Positions 31,316 through 40,089 of a DNA stretch of 64,000 bases are shown one piece after another. The notes under the pieces are model-generated. The model was not told the DNA's origin, did not search any database, and worked only from the letters and a program-made list of their open reading frames with translations. Positions within the stretch are counted from its first letter, which is position 1, and each line of letters starts with the position of its first letter. A program made the translations under genes and the position numbers. The stretch comes from Dehalococcoidia bacterium (GTDB taxonomy: Bacteria > Chloroflexota > Dehalococcoidia > UBA6926): the NCBI GenBank assembly GCA_965237465.1, contig OZ250138.1, forward strand, positions 155,547-219,546, read 5' to 3'.

Positions 31316-31932
31316 CCGTCATTCCGGCGCCCGCACGGTCAACACGCCCCCCCTCCCCGATTCATCACTCCCCCTCCTCTCCGTCATTCCGGCGAAAGCC
31401 GGAACCCACTTGCTACTCCGTACTCGTCCCCCCTCCTCTTCTTACCCGTCTCCCCCGCCCTCACCCGTCTCCCCCGCGAAAGCGGGGGGCCCAGTGCCTC
31501 CCGCTCCTGCTCGGGCCTCAAAAACTATCGCTCCGCCGCCTCTGGCGAGGAAGAACGGCCGCACATCGAACCATCGGGAGACCTGACAACCGCGCCTACT
31601 CTTGCCGTCATCCCGGCGAAAGTCGGAATCCAGTTGCTACCCTTTACCCGTCTCCCCCGCGAAAGCGGAGGTCCATTGCCTCCCGCTCCTGCTCGGGCCT
31701 CAAAAGCCATCGCTCCGCCGCATTCCGGCGTGACGGCCAAGCTGGCCAACCCTTTGGCCCCATTTCCCGCGCCCACTCGTACCGTCATTCCGGCGAAAGC
31801 CGGAACCCACGAATCATTAGCACACGAGACGACCCTGGGAGGAGGCTAGGCAAGTCCTTCTGAGTCCCCATCAGCATCACAGAGCGCCCCGCTGAGCCGC
31901 CCCCTATATCATTCCAAGCGCAGCGAGGAATC
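31316..31932 (+). repeat. Composite array of CGTC-type REP palindromes (left flank of mcrBC)
   Basis: Type A CCGTCATTCCGGCGAAAGCCGGAACCCA at 31381, 31605, 31782; type B ACCCGTCTCCCCCGCGAAAGCGGGGG.CCA at 31463, 31646; about 45-nt duplicated tail at 31495 and 31677; TCATTCCAAGCGCAGCGAGGAATCT at about 31909. Confidence 0.85.
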
Positions 31933-33095
31933 TACTCCCCAGCCCTGACAATGTCCATCAGCCTATTGCGAATGGAGGGCGAGTCCGCGTTTAAATCCAC
32001 CGTCGCAAACCGAAACCGGTGCCCCTGAATGTCCGCCCATTCGTCAACATCCTCGCCGATAGCCGGGTGGAGAAGAATTCCTTCGCTCGTCTTCGAAGCA
32101 GGATCATCCGCCCGCTCCTGAGATCGAACGTAGGCGTAGATCTGGTAGATGTAGCCGCTCCGGAGCGACTTGGGGCGATAGCGCCCTGCGTGGACAACAT
32201 CCGTAAATTTCGTGTCGATCACGATCCGACGCCCGTCGTCACGATGCTCTAGCACGATGTCCAGGATCATGGACGGCAGGACCTTGCTCAGCCCATCGGT
32301 GGGATTCGAAGTCTGCCACTGGATGGTCTTGCCGGCGCCAACGTTCCACACGTTCCTATCCAGCGCTACTGTGTAAAACCCAGCGACCGCCTTTTCAAAG
32401 AGCATTCGCAGCCACGCGTCGTCGCGCTCCACTGAAAACATCCGGGACGCGCCTGCCCGCTCCGTGGGGATGGTCAGATCAAACACCAGCTCCGCCGCCG
32501 CAAGCATCAGGCGATCCTCACGATGAGGTTGGCGGCGCACAGCGCGGAGCGCGTCGGCGCGGTCGCGAGGGTCATCCAACACCGGATCGGGGCTGACGCC
32601 CATCCGCTCCAGGGCAGCGGCGGCGTTGTGACAGCGGGCGGCCAGCTGCCGATCCCTCGTCATTCGCGCCGCCTCTTTGAGCGCTGCCATCACCAGCCGG
32701 TTGGGCGGCGTGTCGACGGTCAACTCGTCAAACCGGCACGCGACCAGTCCCTTCTCCAGCAAGCCGCGTCGCTCCGTGCGGAGAAGATCGATTCGTCCCC
32801 GTACGCGGCGCATGTCCGCCTCACGCCGTCGGAATGAAAAGCTGAGGTTGCGTTTCAGGCGGCGTTCTACTGCGTTGGCAAGAACCTGCGCCACCAGATT
32901 TACGATGTCGTCTGGCTTGTTTTCCACGTCGTTCAAGCTGTGGTGCTTGAGGTGATCCGAATAGTCCCGATACAGCACCGACGCGTACAGCATCAACAGC
33001 CACACGTTTCGGATCGGAATGCGTTTGGCGCCGCTCAACTCGGTTGGTTGGGCCTCCGCAGCGTCAGCAGCGTCTGCCAACGTCTCGCTTGTCAC
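31932..33095 (-). CDS. mcrC: McrC-family restriction nuclease subunit
   Basis: IPIRNVWLLMLYA N-terminus, LFEKAV, (P)D..(D/E)xK-like LDI...IDTKF, YQIYAY. Confidence 0.92.
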   Translation of the reverse strand: MTSETLADAADAAEAQPTELSGAKRIPIRNVWLLMLYASVLYRDYSDHLKHHSLNDVENKPDDIVNLVAQVLANAVERRLKRNLSFSFRRREADMRRVRGRIDLLRTERRGLLEKGLVACRFDELTVDTPPNRLVMAALKEAARMTRDRQLAARCHNAAAALERMGVSPDPVLDDPRDRADALRAVRRQPHREDRLMLAAAELVFDLTIPTERAGASRMFSVERDDAWLRMLFEKAVAGFYTVALDRNVWNVGAGKTIQWQTSNPTDGLSKVLPSMILDIVLEHRDDGRRIVIDTKFTDVVHAGRYRPKSLRSGYIYQIYAYVRSQERADDPASKTSEGILLHPAIGEDVDEWADIQGHRFRFATVDLNADSPSIRNRLMDIVRAGE

Positions 33096-34807
33096 AGGCC
33101 GTCCACCAGATTGCGAACGTGCTCGTCAACCGTCTTGGCGCCCTGCGCGTCGTACCAATACTCAGTGAGCAGCGGCTTGATTTCAGTCTCGACCACGTCG
33201 CGAAACCACGCGGTATTCATAGGAGTTCCCTGCGCCGGCGTGACAACGCTATGCCCGACGCGGAACTGCTTGCCGAGTGTCGTGTCATCTTCAATGGCCT
33301 GGTTCAGGGCCTTGATCCGTCCCTCAATTCCTGTGAGGAAGTTGTCCTCCACTTCACAGTTGTCCGCACACCAAGCGCGCCATACCGGCCCAATCTCTGG
33401 CTCGAGGTCAAGGAAGGCAAACCGACGCCGCAGCGCAAAATCCACCAGCGCCAGCGACCGATCCGCGACATTCATGGTGCCGATGACGTACACGTTCTCC
33501 GGGATATGTACGCGCTCCGATGGCTTATCCGGCGGCGTGTAAGCGAGTTGGAGCCCCTCGCCCTCGTTCCGTTTGTCCGCCTCCAGCAGCGTCAGCATCT
33601 CGCCGAAAATCTGCGCCGGATTCCCACGATTGATCTCCTCGATAACCATGATGTATTTGTTGGACGGGTCCGCCTTTGCGTCGTCGATAAGCGTCATGAA
33701 TGGGCCGTTCACGAGTTCAAGACGCGACTCCAAGCCAGGTCGATACCCTCGCACAAAATCCTCATACGACATATTCGCGTGGAACTGAATTGGCCGGACG
33801 CGTTGATAATCGTCCTTGTCCTTGCGTCCGATGAGCGCGTACGCCAGCCGCTTGGCCAACCACGTCTTGCCCGTGCCTGGCGGCCCCTGCAGGATCAGAT
33901 TTTTCTTGGCCTCAAGCCGATCCAGCGCCCTAACTAGCGTTTCCCTCGGCAGGAAACATCCATCCTCAACGATGGAGTCAATGGTGTAATCGATCGGACC
34001 CGTCGTGATGTCCTCAGGCTCTTGGCCGCCGCTGTCCGTGCTTCCATTTGTTTGCGGCCTTGGCTCATCGTCCGTCTTGTAATTCCATGCGGCTTGCGAA
34101 AGCTCAGGAATCGTGGCCACCGGCGAATCCGGCTCGCCCAGCCTGCTCCGAATGTGGCCAAGGAGTTCTAGATACTCTGCCCCGGTGAGACGCGCCTTGT
34201 CAGCCAAAGCGTGTGGAAAATACTTCTTTATGTACTCTCTGTTCTTCTCATCGAGCGCAACATACGAATGTGGCCTGATCCAAAAAAGACCCATGGTCAA
34301 GTTCGGTACGCCAGTACCCTTTACGCCCAGCGCGGCATCAAAAGACGTAGTAAACGCTTCCGGCGTTGACTCGAAGTTAGAGTCAGCCAGCTCAAGTGCG
34401 ACTCTAAAGACCTGCCAGAGCGCGTCAATGTCTCCCGGCTGACGATCTTTATCAAATTCAAAGAACCACGTCCTAAAGTTGCTGACGACCGGTATTCCGT
34501 CGAATCCCGTTGGCGCCGTCGCACTGAGACCCAGAACTTTCTTCAAGTTCCCGGCGATAAGCATGCGGTTCGCATTGCTTATTCCTCTGTTGAAGGTGCC
34601 CATCAGCGTGAAAGGGCAAATATCTCGCAGCGGCCCCGTCGTTCCATCGACATATGTGTCCGTCAACCTGTACGGCGCCCTGGTCTCTTCAAGCGCGGGC
34701 AAAACGAGCCCCAGCAACTCGTCGCGACTGTCGCTGTAATCCACCAGCTTGCCCGCCAGCTCCATATAGAAATCCACCCATCCGAAATCCGAATCAGCCT
34801 GCGTCAC
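33092..34807 (-). CDS. mcrB: McrB-family AAA+ GTPase
   Basis: NLILQGPPGTGKT, QFHANMSYEDFVRG, EEINRG, GTMNVADRS, DFALRRRF; 4-nt overlap with mcrC. Confidence 0.92.
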   Translation of the reverse strand: MTQADSDFGWVDFYMELAGKLVDYSDSRDELLGLVLPALEETRAPYRLTDTYVDGTTGPLRDICPFTLMGTFNRGISNANRMLIAGNLKKVLGLSATAPTGFDGIPVVSNFRTWFFEFDKDRQPGDIDALWQVFRVALELADSNFESTPEAFTTSFDAALGVKGTGVPNLTMGLFWIRPHSYVALDEKNREYIKKYFPHALADKARLTGAEYLELLGHIRSRLGEPDSPVATIPELSQAAWNYKTDDEPRPQTNGSTDSGGQEPEDITTGPIDYTIDSIVEDGCFLPRETLVRALDRLEAKKNLILQGPPGTGKTWLAKRLAYALIGRKDKDDYQRVRPIQFHANMSYEDFVRGYRPGLESRLELVNGPFMTLIDDAKADPSNKYIMVIEEINRGNPAQIFGEMLTLLEADKRNEGEGLQLAYTPPDKPSERVHIPENVYVIGTMNVADRSLALVDFALRRRFAFLDLEPEIGPVWRAWCADNCEVEDNFLTGIEGRIKALNQAIEDDTTLGKQFRVGHSVVTPAQGTPMNTAWFRDVVETEIKPLLTEYWYDAQGAKTVDEHVRNLVDGL

Positions 34808-34859
34808 CGTACTCGCCCCCTTCCCAAGATGCGTCTAATTCCAGAGTAGCCCAGGCGAG

Positions 34860-35013
34860 CCGCCCCCCTCCTCTCCTGACCCGTCTCCCCTGCGAAAGCG
34901 GGGGCCCATCCGTCCCCCCCCCGTTTCTCCCCCGCAAGCGGAATCCAGTTGTTACTTCCGCACTCGTCCCCCCGCCTCTCCTCACCCGTCTCCCCCGCGA
35001 AAGCGGGGGCCCA
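34860..35013 (+). repeat. CGTC-type REP cluster (right flank of mcrBC)
   Basis: Type B units at 34879-34908 and 34984-35013; linker 34939-34983 resembles 31401-31445. Confidence 0.82.
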
Positions 35014-35479
35014 CCCCACCCTTCCGTCACCCCAACTGACCCGTCACCCTGCCAACAGGAATCCACAAACACATCAGCGGGCGCCGACGCCGGAACGCGG
35101 CAAACCGTTCCCGTCCATCAGCCAACCTGATCGCGAACATGAAAAACTGTGCCACCGCCATTTGACCCGCGCAAAACACATGTCCTATCGTTCCTTCATC
35201 GACATCCCACCGGCGGCGCGGAACGTCGATATCCCCGCCGCCAACCACCATCCCGGGGAGTGCACAGGAGGGCGCTCCCCCCAGAGGAACGCTTCGCTGC
35301 CTGTATCCAAAATCACTCCTGGCATGCCATGGTCATGCGGTCGCAAAAGGCCGTAGACCCCATCTGACACGCCCGGACGCGCTCCGAAACCTCGATTCGG
35401 CGCCAACCTGTTCGAGGCATACAGCGTAAAACCATCGCTCCGTCGCAGGCGTCCACCCACAGTGGTGGCGACGTCGAAC

Positions 35480-35835
35480 TGCCGCAAGACAAAGACGTGG
35501 CATACCTGTCTTGTGAGGTCCCGATCCGCTTGGCGCGCCATCGGCGCGCCGAGTGAAGGACGAGCTCTGCCCGACGCCATGTGGCGAAAGGCGGAGTAGG
35601 CCGACCCGTCCGGTGTCACACCCGTGCCGGACAAGAGGAGGTCTACCCTGGAGAGGTCGAGCGGGCGCAGCGGAACCTCCCGGCGTGTCGCGTCCCTGAC
35701 ACGCCACCGGCCAAAGCGCGCCAACCGAACAAGCAGCCGCAAACGGAACAGGCAGCGAAGCGTTCCCCGCGTAAACCAGGTGAACCGAAATGCACACCCC
35801 GACGGAAATCTAAACTAATCTAAAAGGAGGTAACG
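35480..35835 (+). other. Hairpin-dense non-coding element of unknown class ending in a strong SD
   Basis: At least five consecutive inverted repeats; AAGGAGGT at 35824-35831; no convincing ORF. Confidence 0.4.
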
Positions 35836-35894
35836 CCCTTGAACCCCCGCCGCATGAATCGCGCTGAGCATGGTTAGAGATTTGGCTTATCGGT

Positions 35895-36056
35895 ATGGCT
35901 GAACTGTTGGGTTATATTGGCTTGGCTGTAGGCGCGTGGATTCGCGACCGGGCCGGCAGGCGGGGATGGCTCGTCGCTGTGTTCCTGGGTGTGCTGGTTG
36001 TCGTGCTACTCATTGTCGTGTATGCAGTGCTCGTTCTTCTAACTTGGCCGTGGTGA
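35895..36056 (+). CDS. Small membrane protein (53 aa), hypothetical
   Basis: MAELLGYIGLAVGAWIRDRAGRRGWLVAVFLGVLVVVLLIVVYAVLVLLTWPW; basic patch then long hydrophobic helix; below ORF-track cutoff. Confidence 0.55.
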   Translation: MAELLGYIGLAVGAWIRDRAGRRGWLVAVFLGVLVVVLLIVVYAVLVLLTWPW

Positions 36057-36131
36057 CTGAGGCGCCTCCGCCTTAGGCTTCTCGCCTATAAGGAATGGCG
36101 GCTGCAAAAGCTTCTTTCCGGAGCCGCGTCG

Positions 36132-37013
36132 TCAAGCGCCGAGGGCCAGCGCCACGACGGCAACGCTTGCCAGGATTAGGCCGGCGAATTTGCTCTTTGT
36201 CATTTCCTCTCTCAAGAACACGACGGCCAGGATCGCTGTGCCAATGAAGCTCATCTGCACAATCGGGTAACTGACGCTCGCGTCGCCAATGCGGAGCGAC
36301 TCAAACAGCAGAACTGACCAGGCTATTTGGAGAAGGGCAATACCCGGCGCAAAATATACGACAACCCGGTTAGGACTGAAGTGGCGCGTGCGGAGCAGGG
36401 TGAGAACGGCGGCAAGCTGGAATCCCACGGTCTGCGTGAGAATCAGCGGGACCGAGCCGCTGCCCTCATCCAGCGCCGCCTTTGAGATAAGACCTGCGAC
36501 GCCAAACAGGAAGGAGGCGCCTACCGCCATTGTCAGCGATCGGCTGTCCGTTCTCTTCCGCACCACCTCCGCGACGTTCAGCAGAACCAGGATCGCCACG
36601 ATCGCGAGGATCGTTCCAATGACCTTTGGCAGATTGATCGGCTCTGAGAATAGGATGATGGCGCCGACTGCCGTTATGACGAAGTTGAGCCGAAAGATCG
36701 GCGCGTTCACGCTGGCGTCGCCGTGGCGCAGACTGGCGACGAATAGCGTCAGGCCCCCATATGCAATCACGCCCGCGGGGATGCCATACAGCCACGTTAC
36801 GGGGCGGATGCTCTCCACCGGGCCGTCGACGCCGCCAAATATGACCCAGCTGATGATCGATGCAATCCAGAGCAATCCGGTGAATAACGTCGACTGCCAG
36901 AAGACAAACGTCGGCGCTTCAATACCGCGCTGTTGCGCAACGCGGTACAGAAGATCCGCTACAGCTCCGATAATCAGCGCGCTAACGGCAAGGGTGACTC
37001 CAAGTGAATCCAT
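36132..37013 (-). CDS. EamA/DMT family transporter
   Basis: Internal duplication (GDASVNAPI / GDASVSYPI; FSEPI / LREEM), about 10 TMs. Confidence 0.9.
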   Translation of the reverse strand: MDSLGVTLAVSALIIGAVADLLYRVAQQRGIEAPTFVFWQSTLFTGLLWIASIISWVIFGGVDGPVESIRPVTWLYGIPAGVIAYGGLTLFVASLRHGDASVNAPIFRLNFVITAVGAIILFSEPINLPKVIGTILAIVAILVLLNVAEVVRKRTDSRSLTMAVGASFLFGVAGLISKAALDEGSGSVPLILTQTVGFQLAAVLTLLRTRHFSPNRVVVYFAPGIALLQIAWSVLLFESLRIGDASVSYPIVQMSFIGTAILAVVFLREEMTKSKFAGLILASVAVVALALGA

Positions 37014-37095
37014 GAAGGCGCCGGGACTACTTGCCAGCCGTGAGCGGGTCGCCCGCCGCGTTGTTGCCGCGAGGCGCGTACCGTACCATTACCCA

Positions 37096-37476
37096 ATGAC
37101 AGGTGAACTTACCACGCCGGACGTCGCCGTAGCGGATGCCATTGATATTGCGCGACGCGCAGTCGAGATTGCTGAGGATAGACAAGCCAGCGATATTGTC
37201 CTTCTTGATGTCCGCGGCGTCTGTTCGTACGCGGACGCTTTCGTCCTGATGACCGTGGAGTCTAGTCGCCAGGGTCAAGCAATTCGGGAGGCCACGCAAA
37301 AGGGCCTGAAAGAGGCTGGGCAGGCCGTCCTGCGGACCGAGGGAGAAGCCGATTCCGGCTGGCTGCTGATGGATTTTAGTGACGTTATTGTGCATATCTT
37401 CGGTGTGGAAGAGCGTGAGCTCTACGGTCTAGACCGGCTGTGGCGTCTCGCAGTGCCTCTTCTCAGGATTCAGTGA
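37096..37476 (+). CDS. rsfS: Ribosome silencing factor
   Basis: DRQASDIVLLDV, ADAFV, EG..SGWLLMDFSDVIVHIF, YGLDRLW; ATG 37096. Confidence 0.93.
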   Translation: MTGELTTPDVAVADAIDIARRAVEIAEDRQASDIVLLDVRGVCSYADAFVLMTVESSRQGQAIREATQKGLKEAGQAVLRTEGEADSGWLLMDFSDVIVHIFGVEERELYGLDRLWRLAVPLLRIQ

Positions 37477-37928
37477 GCAACAAGCCACGGCTCGGTGGCC
37501 TGCTGATATTCGCTTAACTCAGACTCGCTGAACCACAGGGAAATCTCTCGCGCTGCGGACTCAGGCCCATCGGACCCGTGGACGAGGTTACGATCCATCG
37601 TAATTCCCAGGTCGCCGCGAATCGTGCCCGGCGCCGCTTGTGCGGGGTCTGTTGCGCCCATAGTCTGGCGGGAGAGCTCAATTGCGCGTTCTCCCTCAAG
37701 CACGAAAGCAAGGACCGGCGCCGACGAAATAAAGTTGAGCAGGCCCTCTACGAAGGGCTTTCCTGTGTGTTCAGCGTAGTGTTGTTCGGCAAGGGACCGC
37801 TCGACGCGCGTCAGCTTCGCGCCCACGACCTTAAGGCCGCGCCGCTCGAATCGCCCGAGGATCTCCCCGGCCAGCCCGCGCTGAATGCCGTCCGGCTTGA
37901 CGAGTATGAGAGTTCGTTCACTTGCCAT
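37470..37928 (-). CDS. ndk: Nucleoside diphosphate kinase
   Basis: ERTLILVKPDG.QRGL.GEI, HYAEH..KPF, PGTIRGD, NLVHGSD. Confidence 0.97.
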   Translation of the reverse strand: MASERTLILVKPDGIQRGLAGEILGRFERRGLKVVGAKLTRVERSLAEQHYAEHTGKPFVEGLLNFISSAPVLAFVLEGERAIELSRQTMGATDPAQAAPGTIRGDLGITMDRNLVHGSDGPESAAREISLWFSESELSEYQQATEPWLVAH

Positions 37929-38111
37929 CGCGCGTCCGCATCTCCTGTTGAAAACCTTCACAGTTTTGGCAGGCCGCGCCGTGAGATCGCTTGGACCGTT
38001 GGCCGCCGCCATGTTACTAGTAGCCTATCAGACGCGCCGCGCGGCCCTCGCCCTAAGCGCCGCATTCCCCGGCTAAGTCTCCGACCGTTTGCTCCAGTGG
38101 CGCTCTGATTG

Positions 38112-38140
38112 TTGACACTCTTGCCCGCGTCGATTACTTT
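38112..38140 (+). promoter_or_regulatory. Sigma-70 promoter of marR-MFS-MFS operon
   Basis: TTGACA-17 nt-TACTTT. Confidence 0.65.
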
Positions 38141-38146
38141 GGTTTT

Positions 38147-38710
38147 GTGAAACTATACGATCCCGGTGGACAATCAACCCTGCATGAACGGTCAATCCCA
38201 GCGCAAGTTATGACAATAAATACTGAGTCGTCGACGCCATCGAACACTCAGCGCCTCATAGGCGATCTCGAGTTCATTTTGAGGCTCCTGCGGCCCTCTA
38301 TTGCCGATGATTGGTTCACTGTGGAGCTTACGATGCCCCAGCTGCGGGTTCTCTTTGCGCTCCGCCGGCATGGAGAGTGCCGGATGGGTGCCGTAGCGAG
38401 TCAGCTTGGAACATCCATGTCCAGCGCCACGGGCTTGATTGACAGGCTTGTCGAGAGGGGCCTTGTTGAACGGTGGGAGAACCCCGGTGATCGCCGGTCC
38501 GTCGTTTGCCGGCTCTCTACCGATGGCGTGGAACTGGCCGAGAAGCTGCTGAACCTTCGACGCAGCGTCTGGGAAGAGCGACTCAGCGGTCTGACAGAGG
38601 ATGAAGCGAACGATGCCCAGCGAGGGCTGGCCTCACTGCTTGAGGGACTTAGCCGCATGCAGGAGCAGGAATCCGCCGAGTCCGGCCACACCGAGGAGCA
38701 GGGATCATGA
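38147..38710 (+). CDS. MarR family transcriptional regulator (start 38147 or 38210)
   Basis: LTMPQLRVL, SSATGLIDRLVERGLVER, DRR motif. Confidence 0.92.
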   Translation: MKLYDPGGQSTLHERSIPAQVMTINTESSTPSNTQRLIGDLEFILRLLRPSIADDWFTVELTMPQLRVLFALRRHGECRMGAVASQLGTSMSSATGLIDRLVERGLVERWENPGDRRSVVCRLSTDGVELAEKLLNLRRSVWEERLSGLTEDEANDAQRGLASLLEGLSRMQEQESAESGHTEEQGS

Positions 38711-40074
38711 TGCAGGACGGCCCTCCAATGGGGCGGGGGATGGGGACCCGCCCCGGAGGTCGACCCGGCGGACCCGACACCGGGCAGGAGCCGCGCGGCG
38801 GATTCGGTTTCCGCGCCATTCAGTCGCTGACGGTGCCGGCGTATCGTCTCTATTTCCTGTTTGTTCTCGCCCAGATGGGCGCCATGAACATGCAGATGAT
38901 GGCGCGCTCCTGGTTCGTTTACGAGCTAAGTGAGAGTGTCTCCCTCCTTGGACTGGTTGCGTTAGCGAATGCGGTGCCGATGCTGGCGCTTTCCCTCTTC
39001 GGCGGCGTTCTTGCGGATCGCCTGCCCAAGAAGCAAGTTCTCATCGTCGGGCAGCTCGCATCGACAATCATCATCCTTGGCGTCGCCGTCTCAATCACGC
39101 TTGCCTCCGTAACGTGGATTCACCTGATTGTCGCCTCGTTCCTGCAGGGCATAGTTATGGCGCTGATGATGCCTGCGCGACAGGCGATTATTCCCGAGCT
39201 GGTCGGTACGCGAATGATCACCAACGCGGTTGCGTTGAACGGCGCCGCGATGAACCTATTGCGTCTGTTGGGTCCGGCCATGGCCGGCTTCCTTATCGCT
39301 CTATGGGACATTGAGGCCGTCTATTACATGATGGCCATCATGTATGGTGTCGGCGTGATCGTCCTCATGGGACTGCCGCTCTCCGGCGCAGTCGCGCTCC
39401 GCGGGCAGGGCATGATCAAGCAGGTCAAGGAGGGCCTGTCCTACATTCGCTACAACGACAACATCCGAATTCTCCTATTCTTCACCCTGTTTTCGTTTGT
39501 CTTGTCGATGCCGTACATCTTCTTGCTGCCGGCCTTCACGCAGGACATCTTGACGGTAGACACGTCCCGCCTGACATTCTTCACCTCGCTGCCTTTGGTG
39601 GGCACGCTTGTTGAGAGCCTCGAAAGCTCCGCGGCGCGTCAAGGATTCCTGATCAGCGTCTCCGGTATCGGCGCGCTTGTCGGGTCCGTTTTTGTCGCAA
39701 CGATGCAGGACAAGCGGCGGGGCCTGTACCTGCTGATAAGCATGCTTGTCATGGCGATAACCTTGATTGTCTTCAGCTTTACCAGTTCGTACTTGCTCGC
39801 CCTGATCGTCTTTATTCCGCTCGGCCTGGCGCAGGCGGGGCGCATGGCGCTCAGCAACACGCTGGCGCAGGTCTACTCGGAGGATGAGTACCGCGGGCGC
39901 GTGATGAGCATCTATATGCTCAACTGGGGCATGACGAACGTGGGTGTATTCGTTGTCGGGATTGTCGCGGACTTTGTCGGGGTGCAGTGGGCCGTCGGCG
40001 GTTCCGCAATCATGCTCCTGGCCGTGACGCTGTACTTCTTCGTCTTCACTAAGCGCATTCGGGCGATGGCCTAG
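38707..40074 (+). CDS. MFS transporter
   Basis: GGVLADRLPKK motif A, PARQAIIPELV, EYRGRVMS; overlaps marR stop. Confidence 0.92.
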   Translation: MMQDGPPMGRGMGTRPGGRPGGPDTGQEPRGGFGFRAIQSLTVPAYRLYFLFVLAQMGAMNMQMMARSWFVYELSESVSLLGLVALANAVPMLALSLFGGVLADRLPKKQVLIVGQLASTIIILGVAVSITLASVTWIHLIVASFLQGIVMALMMPARQAIIPELVGTRMITNAVALNGAAMNLLRLLGPAMAGFLIALWDIEAVYYMMAIMYGVGVIVLMGLPLSGAVALRGQGMIKQVKEGLSYIRYNDNIRILLFFTLFSFVLSMPYIFLLPAFTQDILTVDTSRLTFFTSLPLVGTLVESLESSAARQGFLISVSGIGALVGSVFVATMQDKRRGLYLLISMLVMAITLIVFSFTSSYLLALIVFIPLGLAQAGRMALSNTLAQVYSEDEYRGRVMSIYMLNWGMTNVGVFVVGIVADFVGVQWAVGGSAIMLLAVTLYFFVFTKRIRAMA

Positions 40075-40089
40075 GCCGGACGAGCGAGG

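Noticed and set aside
31260-31863. Pro-rich ORFs (108-196 aa) in the ORF track
   Set aside because: Translations of REP repeats (VIPAKAGTH, PRESGG); not credible proteins
31316-31932. CRISPR array
   Set aside because: Units are of two alternating palindrome types, spacing is irregular (about 175-225 nt), intervening sequences are partly duplicated, and no cas genes are present; fits REP clusters
35185-35797. Minus-strand ORFs of 185 and 154 aa
   Set aside because: No motifs, atypical composition, no RBS; region is better explained as structured non-coding DNA
35820-35840. 16S rRNA 3' end (ACCTCCTT on the minus strand)
   Set aside because: No surrounding rRNA sequence; it is simply a strong Shine-Dalgarno on the plus strand
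36289-37095. Long N-terminal extension of RsfS (395-aa ORF)
   Set aside because: Antisense shadow of the EamA gene; RsfS homology starts at ATG 37096
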